Positions 55,478-64,000 of a stretch of 64,000 bases of DNA are shown in pieces. Made by a program: the position numbers and the translations under genes. The stretch comes from Candidatus Bathyarchaeota archaeon (GTDB lineage: Archaea > Thermoproteota > Bathyarchaeia > Bathyarchaeales > DTEX01), in the NCBI GenBank assembly GCA_963714275.1, contig CAVQNT010000002.1, forward strand, positions 672,001-736,000, in the 5' to 3' direction. The notes under the pieces were generated by a model. That model had not been told where the DNA came from. It searched no databases and was given only the letters and a program-made list of their open reading frames with translations. The stretch's first letter is position 1, and every line of letters starts with the position of its first letter.

Positions 55478-56707
55478 TCAACAGCTGAATTCTTTGGCGA
55501 ACTCCATGGTAATGTACCCATCATACACCATTTCAGAGAGAACTGTTGCCACCTGCAGCCTCACCATTCTGGACTTAGCGTAGCTCCATTCAACAACGTA
55601 GGCGTCGCTGAAGAAACCGTTCGACTTGTTTCTAGGCAACATTTGAAGCCTTTCTTGTAGGAATTGTTTGATGAACGTCGGATAGAAGGTGTACCACCAG
55701 TATCCCGAAACATGGACATTCGGGTAATTTTTTGCAACCACAGCCAGTTGATGCGAAAGCAGCGGAGTCGTCGTGAAAACATCAAACTTCAACCCACTAA
55801 ACTCGCTGAACAACGGACAAAGAGACGAAACCGTGAAGCTTTCAAACCCCGTAATAGCGTAATCAGAAGGAGCAGCCCCTACAACAGGTCTTTTAGCTCC
55901 GAGCATGACCTGAAAAACGAAACCCGACTTCTCTGCAAGGCTGAGAGCCAACCGAAGAGCAAATGAAGAAAGTGTCTGTTTTTCTTTTGGAGTTAACTTG
56001 CTGTCTCCTAGAAGGTTCTTGAAAGCCTTTTCAGACTCAAGTCTAGTTGGGTTTACAAAAGAGTCTTCAGGTTGAAAACTTACGGTTGCAGTGACGCAAC
56101 TTGCAAACATTTTAAAAATACGATTAAGAGAGTCCGAGAAATCGTCAAGAGACTTTATGGAATTGCTGGTTGCCTTTTCTAAACTTTCCATGCTGGTTTT
56201 GTTCAGATTGCTGATTAACGGATCAAGCCTAAGAGCACCCGCGAAAAATTCAGGGTCAAACTGTGGCTCCGCTTCATCGTATCTAAGGGTTAAAAAGGTT
56301 TTCTCGATCTTAGCTTTCTCGCCTAAGACCCATTTGTACCTTTCAGCCTGTTTTGATCCTTCATAAATTGCATCTAGGAGCCCATTTAAGTTTTTTGTGT
56401 TGATTTCGTCATGTTCGAAGCTGTAAGCTCCTTCAGCATTCTAATGAAGTACCAGTATGTTGAAGTGTTTTTAATCAGTTGCAGAAACGGCACAGCGTTC
56501 TTTATGGCGTCTTCAACAGGCAGCTTGGGAGAAATGAGCTCAAGCGGCATACCCGCTGATCTGAGCTCCGTGGCAATGTAATGGTAGAAGAGAATGTCCC
56601 GAGAGGTTCGGGCGTGAGGGTGGGAAGCATCTATATGGGAGTGAATGTCAATCATCGGAATGGTGTCAACAAACTTGCTCAGTTCTGAGAAAAGCCTTTT
56701 TTTGCAT
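55478..56707 (-). CDS. Glucuronate isomerase (UxaC)-like amidohydrolase-fold protein (several indels; ends approximate)
   Basis: IDIHSH, YHY, NYPNV..GYWWY, FFSDAY. Confidence 0.72.
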
Positions 56708-56870
56708 GACTGTGATCTCCTTGCTCTTTATACAACATTCTCTTTCCTTATAGAGTGATAAATCTGTATGCCTCTGGTTTTATGAATACCGATTTCGACT
56801 TGTTGAGCTTCCGTAAATCTTTTATTTTGAAATAGAAAAATAGTAAAGTTATAACTAAACTATTTGAGGT

Positions 56871-57629
56871 ATGGTCATGCTTCAGAAAAAAACTCTGTCA
56901 CCGCTCACTTTAGCAGTCACAGCCATATTCACAACTTTCGTGTGCGTGGCAACCATGGTTTTTTCGATTTATGTTCCATCAACCGAGGGCTTTTTCAACA
57001 TAGGCGAATCAATGGTCTTTCTCTCAGCCCTCCTGTTCGGTCCATATGTTGGAGCTTTCGCAGGAGGCGTAGGATCAATGCTGGCAGACATACTGTTAGG
57101 CTATTCGTACTATGCGCCTGCAACCCTCATCATTAAGGCTTGTGAAGGATACGTTGTTGGCCTCATAAAGAGAAATAATCCCCGATTTCTATCAATGGCT
57201 CACTGGAAACTGCTCACGTTGTTTCTCGGATTAATCGCAGGCGGGGTGCTCTCGACTGTTGGCATCATCTATTACAGTGGAACAATAGAGTTAACTTTAG
57301 GAGCAACAATTTATTCACTTTTTATACCACAGGAACTCTGGATAGTCCTCGGAGCCCTAGTAACCCTATTTATAGCCGTGATTGGGTTTGCTGCAGAACC
57401 GGAGTTCGGCTGGACCGTTTTCTCCGTTGTAAGCGGCGGACTTGTCATGGTGCTGGGATATTTCCTCTACCAGATGTTCTTTATCGGCTGGCTTTTCAAT
57501 ATTCCAGTGGTCGCAATAGCAGAGGTTCCCTTCAACATTGGGCAAATGATCATAGGGGCTATGGTGGCTCTTCCTTCCGCAAGGGTCGTCTGGCGTGCAT
57601 TTCCTTCTTTGAAACAAACATCAGCATAA
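56871..57629 (+). CDS. ECF transporter S component
   Basis: GFFNIGE, GGVGSMLAD, YAPATLIIK, PFNIGQ. Confidence 0.85.
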   Translation: MVMLQKKTLSPLTLAVTAIFTTFVCVATMVFSIYVPSTEGFFNIGESMVFLSALLFGPYVGAFAGGVGSMLADILLGYSYYAPATLIIKACEGYVVGLIKRNNPRFLSMAHWKLLTLFLGLIAGGVLSTVGIIYYSGTIELTLGATIYSLFIPQELWIVLGALVTLFIAVIGFAAEPEFGWTVFSVVSGGLVMVLGYFLYQMFFIGWLFNIPVVAIAEVPFNIGQMIIGAMVALPSARVVWRAFPSLKQTSA

Positions 57630-57736
57630 GCAGTTCATTCAATAATTACGGTGAGACTGCATCCGAAGTCTGACAAGACTTTTATTGACATTTTTCTGTT
57701 AAAATGCTTTTTATTATTGTTCTTCTTTTGTAATAT

Positions 57737-59185
57737 ATGGATAAAATGCATGAGCATTGTGGAGTAATTGGGGTATTCTCGCTCGGTGAACACAACGTAG
57801 TTTCTATGCTTCTTTCGGGCTTAGAGGCTCTTCAACACCGAGGGCAAGAAACTTGGGGCATAGCCGTTCCGAACCTACATTCTTTCAAAAGAGCCGGAGT
57901 GGTTTCTCAATTAATGGGAAAAAAGCCGAAGGCTCTCACCGGACTCGTGGGGAATGTTGGGATAGGTCATGTAAGATATTCAACCACTGCCAAATCGATA
58001 CTGCGAAATGCGCATCCGCTGCAAATAGGCGAAAAAGGAGACAAAAACAGTTTCCGAATAGCGCACAACGGAACTCTGGAAAGGGAACTTCTCATTGACG
58101 GCTTAAAGGAAACTGGAGTCCAAGCTCCTAGCGAGTTGACTGACACAGAGCTTATGGGAATGGGGCTTTACCAAAACCTGAGGAAAGGGAAAACTTGGAC
58201 CGAAGCATTCGAATCTTTGAATCCCTATCTGAATGGTTCATTTTCAACAATAATCTTAACTGAAAAGGGAGAACTTGTTGCTGCGAGGGATGAAAAAGGG
58301 TTCAGACCGCTCTGTCTCGGTTGGCATTGGGAAACAAGCTCTCACGTAATAGCTTCAGAAGTCTGCGCCTTAGATACTCTTAATGCTCGTCTCATTAGGG
58401 ACATTCAACCCGGTGAAATCCTAAGGATAAACAGGGAAGGTGTGGCAAGCGACCGATTTTCTGACCAAAAGGAACATGCCCATTGCCCGTTCGAGTATAC
58501 CTATTTTGCTCATCCAACCTCACGAATAGAGGGAATAAACGTTTATACGGCTAGAAAAACCATTGGTCGAATTTTGGCTGAAAAATATTCTTTTGATGCG
58601 GACATTGTTGTACCTGTACCGGATTCAGCCAGACCTGCTGCTTTGGGTTATTCTGAAAGATCAGGCATTTCCTTTGAAGAGGGATTGATGAAGGATCGAT
58701 ACAGAAGAAAAGGGAGCTGGCGAAGCTTCATCGAGCCAAAGAAGCGGGAAGAAGTTGTCTCTAATATTATATCAATCGATGAAGTTGTGAATGGCAAAAG
58801 GCTTGTTCTCGTAGATGACAGCATCGTCAGAGGTACAAGCTCCAGAATAATCGTTGGCAAGAAGCTTCGAAGCGCAAAGGAAGTTTCTTTACTTCTCACT
58901 TTTCCGCCAATAATCTACCCATGCTACATGGGAATAGACTTTCCAACTCAAAAAGAACTTCTCGCCTACAGGATTTCGGGGACTACTAAGAACCTGGAAG
59001 AGATTAACAGCGCAGTCGCAAAACATATTGGTGTACATTTCATAGGCTACAATGATGCGAATGGTCTAAGTAAGGGCATAGGAATGCCAAAAAGTGAATT
59101 GTGCCTGTCCTGTACAAATGGAAACTACGACTGCCTTAGACGCATGCCCGAATTCAAAACTAGGAACGAAATGAAATGCCAGTGA
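57737..59185 (+). CDS. purF: Amidophosphoribosyltransferase
   Basis: EHCG N-terminus, QHRGQE, GHVRYST, HNG, DDSIVRG, Fe-S Cys ligands. Confidence 0.95.
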   Translation: MDKMHEHCGVIGVFSLGEHNVVSMLLSGLEALQHRGQETWGIAVPNLHSFKRAGVVSQLMGKKPKALTGLVGNVGIGHVRYSTTAKSILRNAHPLQIGEKGDKNSFRIAHNGTLERELLIDGLKETGVQAPSELTDTELMGMGLYQNLRKGKTWTEAFESLNPYLNGSFSTIILTEKGELVAARDEKGFRPLCLGWHWETSSHVIASEVCALDTLNARLIRDIQPGEILRINREGVASDRFSDQKEHAHCPFEYTYFAHPTSRIEGINVYTARKTIGRILAEKYSFDADIVVPVPDSARPAALGYSERSGISFEEGLMKDRYRRKGSWRSFIEPKKREEVVSNIISIDEVVNGKRLVLVDDSIVRGTSSRIIVGKKLRSAKEVSLLLTFPPIIYPCYMGIDFPTQKELLAYRISGTTKNLEEINSAVAKHIGVHFIGYNDANGLSKGIGMPKSELCLSCTNGNYDCLRRMPEFKTRNEMKCQ

Positions 59186-60732
59186 AAGAAGGGCTTGACG
59201 CAATATTAGTATTAGACTTTGGGGGACAATATTGTCATCTCATAACCCGTAGAATTAGGGAGTTCAATGTATATTCTGAGATAGTTCCATTCGACATCAC
59301 CCTCGAAGAGTTAGAAACGATCAGAAAAAGGGTCAGTGCCAAAGGACTCATTTTATCAGGCGGTCCCTCAAGTGTTTACGAACAAGACGCCCCAACCATC
59401 GATCCTCTCGTCCTTAACATGGGCATTCCAGTTTTGGGTCTATGTTACGGTCATCAACTGATAGCCTATTTGACCAGCGGAAAAGTTAAACAAGGACCAA
59501 AACAGGAATATGGCATAACATACGTAACCATAACCAAACCGGTAGGTGTTCTCGAAGACCTAGACCGTAAGGAAAAGGTTTGGATGAGCCACGGTGACAC
59601 TGTACAAAAATTGGCTGACAACTATGAGATTTTGGCTTACACAGAGAACTGCCCTGTTGCCGCATTCAGGCATAAACAAAAGCCCATCTACGGTTTGCAG
59701 TGGCACCCTGAGGTTGTACATACTGAACACGGCAACATGATGTTGAGGAACTTTGTCTTCAAAGTTTGCGGGTGCCAACCGAATTGGAAGCCTTCTTCTA
59801 TTGTGGATGAACAAGTAAACGAGTTGAAAAGAACCGTAGGCAGTGGCAAAGCCATCGTTGCTTTAAGCGGAGGCATAGACTCCAGCACAGCTGCCATCAT
59901 CGCCTCAAGGGCTTTAGGACAGAACTTAATCGCTGTGTTTGTCGATCACGGATTTATGAGGGAAGGGGAACCTGAGTTTGTCGAGGAGACCTTTGGGAAA
60001 CTCGGCGTCAAAGTTATAGTAGCAAATGCAAGCGACAGATTCTTTCGGAAGCTGAAAGGCGTGGTTGAGCCTGAGGAGAAACGGCGAATCATCGGAAATG
60101 AGTTCATAAGAGTCTTCGAGGAAGAAGCGAGAAGAACAGGCGCAGAATTTCTTATTCAAGGCACCATTTACCCTGACAGAATAGAGTCTGGAATCAGAAA
60201 GCACTCGGACAAAATCAAAAGCCACCATAATGTTGCTGGTCTGCCAACAGACATAAGGTTCAAAGCCATCATTGAACCGCTGAAAGACCTCTATAAAGAC
60301 GAAGTGAGAAAGCTGGCGAAGACTCTTGGATTACCTGACAGCATAACTCATAGGCAGCCGTTTCCTGGACCTGGACTTGCGGTTCGTGTCATCGGCGAAG
60401 TTACTCCTGAAAAAGTTGAGCTTGTTAGGAAAGCGGAGAAAATCGTGTCAGAAGAGGTTGAGAAATCTGGACTCCAAGACGGGTTGTGGCAGTATTTTGC
60501 AGTTCTCACAGACACGAAGAGCACAGGCGTCAAAGGTGACTCCAGAGCATACGGTTATGTGGTGGCTGTGAGGATGGTTGAAAGCCGTGAAGCCATGACT
60601 GCGAGCTTCGCAAAGATTTCGTTCGATGTGCTAGAGCGAATTTCGACGAGGATAACGAACGAGCTGCCCTTGGTGACAAGAGTCGTCTATGACGTAACTC
60701 ACAAGCCACCAGCAACAATCGAGTGGGAGTAA
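59176..60732 (+). CDS. guaA: GMP synthase (fused GATase plus ATPPase)
   Basis: LDFGGQY, GLCYG, HPEV, SGGIDS, IKSHHNV, KPPATIEWE. Confidence 0.96.
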   Translation: MPVKEGLDAILVLDFGGQYCHLITRRIREFNVYSEIVPFDITLEELETIRKRVSAKGLILSGGPSSVYEQDAPTIDPLVLNMGIPVLGLCYGHQLIAYLTSGKVKQGPKQEYGITYVTITKPVGVLEDLDRKEKVWMSHGDTVQKLADNYEILAYTENCPVAAFRHKQKPIYGLQWHPEVVHTEHGNMMLRNFVFKVCGCQPNWKPSSIVDEQVNELKRTVGSGKAIVALSGGIDSSTAAIIASRALGQNLIAVFVDHGFMREGEPEFVEETFGKLGVKVIVANASDRFFRKLKGVVEPEEKRRIIGNEFIRVFEEEARRTGAEFLIQGTIYPDRIESGIRKHSDKIKSHHNVAGLPTDIRFKAIIEPLKDLYKDEVRKLAKTLGLPDSITHRQPFPGPGLAVRVIGEVTPEKVELVRKAEKIVSEEVEKSGLQDGLWQYFAVLTDTKSTGVKGDSRAYGYVVAVRMVESREAMTASFAKISFDVLERISTRITNELPLVTRVVYDVTHKPPATIEWE

Positions 60733-60817
60733 CCTGCTCATACTAGGTAATACAGAGGATTCAATGACTGTAATTGATAATAGCGGAAAATTTTAAATCT
60801 AAAAGGAACGAGACTTC

Positions 60818-62015
60818 ATGGAAGCCCAGAAAGAAGAACCAAAAACCGATGGGATGAAAAATATCTTCACTTTGGGTGTCGTAAGACTTCTTCACGGATG
60901 TCTCAAGTGAAATGGTCTTCAGCCTTCTGCCATTATTCGTGGTTGGACTTCCTGGGTCTGGAGCTGAGATTTTAGGCATAATTGAAGGTCTCGCTGAAGC
61001 TTTAAGCAACGGCATGAGGGCTGTCTCAGGCTTCTTCTCAGACAAGTTTAGAAAAAGAAAGACGATAGTGCTCATTGGTTATGCATTTTCAAATGCTGTT
61101 AAACCCTTATTCGCTGTTGCACAAACTGCGGTGGATGTTCTAGTTATACGTGTTGCTGACAGAATTGGGAAGGGAATCAGAACTTCGCCGCGAGACGCTC
61201 TTCTAAGCGAATCAATACCGGAAAACCGTAGAGGAACAGCTTTTGGTTTGCACAGAACCCTTGACCAGTCAGGCGCCATCATTGGACCGTTATTTGCCTC
61301 TTTTGCGTTGTACGTATTAGGTTTCAATATGCGGGATATTTTCTGGATTTCTTTCATTCCAGGTTTTATTGCTCTTGTCGTTTTGATAGTTTTTGTTCAG
61401 GAAAAAGTTAGGAAGCCATCAGGCGAATTCAAATTTCTAGCTGGAATGCACGATGTTTTTAAAGGGAGTTTTCCATTTCTGCTTTTTATTGTCGGCGTCT
61501 TTTCCTTGGGCGCTTTCAATTATTCGTTTATACTTCTTAACGCAAGTGAGGCTGGGATTGACTACCGCATAGTTCCAATCTTTTATACGTTGATAAACGT
61601 AACCCACACGCTCATAGCGATTCCATCTGGAATTCTGTCGGACAAGATAGGAAAAGAAAAAGTTCTCATGATAGGTTACGGAGCCTTTCTCATAACCGCT
61701 GTTTTTCTGTATCTCTTTCCTGCCCATTACCTTTTTGCATTTTTAATGGCGCTCATCTTCGGCATCTACGACGGAATCAACAACACTGTCGCCAGAGCCT
61801 TAGTTCCAAAATATGCAGCAAACGAATTTAGAGGAACCGTATATGGACTTTACTATCTTGTGGTTGGCTTATGTTTCTTAGTGGCAAACGTTATAGTGGG
61901 TGTATTATGGCAAACCATTGGTCCAGCAGCCTCAGCCACATACAGCATAATATTGTCAACTGCAGCAATAATCGGCATGATCTTATTCACAATCCGACAA
62001 AAAAATCAAACCTAA
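60818..62015 (+). CDS. MFS transporter (5' indel)
   Basis: DVSSEM, GFFSDKFRKRK, GIRTSPRD, about 12 TM helices. Confidence 0.85.
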
Positions 62016-62049
62016 GACACAGCGCAACCATCATATAAAGGCAATGTCT

Positions 62050-64000
62050 TCATTTTATTGAAACTTCATTGATTCCGTTTACTACTGCCCATTTTGATAT
62101 GAATCTTGAGTGAGTCGCATACCTTCGGTCCATAAGGTAGAAGTGGCACCAGTCGTCTCTGTGGCGGATTCCCCTTCCCATCGCCTGGTTCGCAGCTCTG
62201 AACGCATCCATCAGGTACCAGAGTTCTCCGAGGCGGGGCTTCTTTTTGTTAAAGTATTCAATCTGAACCTTCACCAGAGGGTCATGGTAGTCAGCGTAGG
62301 GAACCCCAACGTTGAAGATTCCCCGAGCCTCCTCGTAAGGGAAGTTTGAGCCCTCAGCGTTGCGTCCCCTGAACACGGCGAAAAGCACCGCGCCCTTTTC
62401 TGTCCTAGCAGTCTTCTTGTAGTTATCCACAATATGCGAATTCTGCGATGCGCGGGTTCCTTCAACAAAAACCTTCTTGCTTCCCATAAACAGGTTATTA
62501 CCGTGTCTTTTTATGAAACCCGTTTTTCGCCACAATTGAGCAGCTTCGTTCATGAGTCTTCTCTGAGGAAAGAAGATTAAAGCGCCGTTTGGCACTTTTT
62601 TCATGATTTTTGAGATTCGATCTCCGTACAATTCTAGCATCCCGGCGCTTCTTTCCTCGAACCTTGTCGTAACGGAAACGTCAACGTAGGTTCGGATGTT
62701 CTCAGGTTTCGCAATAGCAGAATACGTATGCGTTTTAGCATCGGAAAGTCCTAAAGTTTCCGTGAACAGGTCCAAAGGTGAAAGCGTACCTGACATAATC
62801 AACGAAGCGTAAGCCTCTTCTAAAACTGGTTTGAGAGCGAGAGTCGGATCCAAACAGCGGTATTCAGCCATGTTTCCTACATACGGTGATTTACGGAAAA
62901 TAACTGCGTAACTGTCTTGGTCGCTGGACTCCACCAAGGACAGGAAGCGCAGAAGCCCACTCAGGTAGCAGACAGGCGCTTCGCCTTGGGAAAGCTTGTG
63001 TTCCCTAACCTCGTTGACTGTCGGCGAAAATGTCTCAACATAAAACGAAAGTTCATCGCCTAACAGCTGCTTTAGGTCCAAGTGAAACTGGGAGCCTCGT
63101 ATTGGAGTATGTTCAATTAACGTGGTTTCCTCTAAATATGCGATTAACTGGTCAATAAATTTGTTAGGTAAACCTATTTGCTCGAGCTCCTTTTTCGCGT
63201 TTTTCAGTCCCTTTTCGGACAATGTGTCACTGAGCACTTCTTGACTGATCTTGTCCGCGTTATGTGCTTCGTCAAAAATAAGGACTTTGTCACTGATATC
63301 AAGTTTTACGGTTGCTCTTATCCTTTCGTTAAAGATATACTGGTACGGAGCCACAACCACCAAGCAGTCTTCAGCTGCCCGTCTGGAAAGAAAGTATGGG
63401 CAAAAATTTTTTGTTTTTCCGATCTTCAGCAGCTTCTTTATAGAGAGAACCATGGGAAGGGAGGATGGTAAGCTGTTAAACCTCGATTTGTAGAGACATT
63501 TCTTTGAGTCCCTCAGCAATCTGCAAGCTTCCACAGCGTCGTTTGAAGGCAATTTTCTGCAAACCTCGTTTAAACAAAGGTTTTGTCTGCTTGCTAATGC
63601 GACGGCTGAAAATTTCGTGTCAGATTTCTTGTTTATTTGTTCGACTTCACGGAGGACCTGCTTCACCTGTTCGTGGGTTCTCGTGGCATATATGACCTTT
63701 CGACCCAGTGGCAAACAACTTGACAATACACAAACAGTTTTTCCGAATCCGTTGCAGGCTTCAGCTACAAAAACTCCTCCTTGACTAAGAATCTTTGTGG
63801 CGTCCTGCATGAATGTCAGCTGCTGAGGGTAGGGAACGTAAGGAAACAACTGCATGAAATCTTCTTCCGAACCCATAGAACCATGTTCAGTCATGCTGTT
63901 TTTTTCAGTATTTATTGTCTTTACGTTTTGATGCACTAAAATCTGGCCGCATTGGCGACAGAAACGGTTCTCTTCGTACTCTTCTTTTGAATGTGACCGA
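62050..64000 (-). CDS. XPD/Rad3/DinG Fe-S DNA helicase (5' partial)
   Basis: Q-motif, GFGKT, Fe-S Cys residues, DEAHN, SGTL, QAMGRGIR; frame stays open to the window edge. Confidence 0.9.
   Translation of the reverse strand, partial: RSHSKEEYEENRFCRQCGQILVHQNVKTINTEKNSMTEHGSMGSEEDFMQLFPYVPYPQQLTFMQDATKILSQGGVFVAEACNGFGKTVCVLSSCLPLGRKVIYATRTHEQVKQVLREVEQINKKSDTKFSAVALASRQNLCLNEVCRKLPSNDAVEACRLLRDSKKCLYKSRFNSLPSSLPMVLSIKKLLKIGKTKNFCPYFLSRRAAEDCLVVVAPYQYIFNERIRATVKLDISDKVLIFDEAHNADKISQEVLSDTLSEKGLKNAKKELEQIGLPNKFIDQLIAYLEETTLIEHTPIRGSQFHLDLKQLLGDELSFYVETFSPTVNEVREHKLSQGEAPVCYLSGLLRFLSLVESSDQDSYAVIFRKSPYVGNMAEYRCLDPTLALKPVLEEAYASLIMSGTLSPLDLFTETLGLSDAKTHTYSAIAKPENIRTYVDVSVTTRFEERSAGMLELYGDRISKIMKKVPNGALIFFPQRRLMNEAAQLWRKTGFIKRHGNNLFMGSKKVFVEGTRASQNSHIVDNYKKTARTEKGAVLFAVFRGRNAEGSNFPYEEARGIFNVGVPYADYHDPLVKVQIEYFNKKKPRLGELWYLMDAFRAANQAMGRGIRHRDDWCHFYLMDRRYATHSRFISKWAVVNGINEVSIK

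Noticed and set aside
442-62015. At least 25 split genes read as pseudogenes or programmed frameshifts
   Set aside because: Isolated indels hit otherwise well-conserved genes in all pathways with no other decay and no shared slippery motif. This fits long-read consensus error. It also means the uORF frames need read-level confirmation.

Overview
Archaeal chromosomal segment, most consistent with Bathyarchaeia/TACK (archaeal-type AroA'/AroB', GHMP shikimate kinase, PpcA, DUF39 homocysteine synthase, BRE/TATA promoters). About 55 kb is a cluster of amino-acid biosynthetic operons: His, shikimate plus aspartate kinase, Hcy/Met, Phe, Ile/Val/Leu and Thr. It also carries glyA, ppcA, a LonC-type protease, purF-guaA and an XPD helicase. 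At least 25 conserved genes are split by single indels, which I read as long-read consensus errors rather than pseudogenes. Main finding: the three large amino-acid operons (aro/lysC, ilv-leu, his) each have a long, structured 5' leader containing a short uORF. The aro leader encodes an F/W/Y/T-rich peptide just before a hairpin plus U-tract. The ilv leader frame has an I/L/V run. The his and ilv leaders share an exact 12-mer that starts an 'MRD..' uORF. Together these suggest a ribosome-coupled attenuation system in an archaeon. Other findings: a threonine-synthase pseudoenzyme (PLP Lys->Arg) fused to a PadR-like wHTH, a 42-bp intergenic repeat in 6-7 copies, an unannotated 41-aa Zn-ribbon ORF, and an HPrK/PEPCK-like P-loop protein encoded directly after ppcA. 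All calls come from reading the sequence by eye; no searches or folding programs were run.
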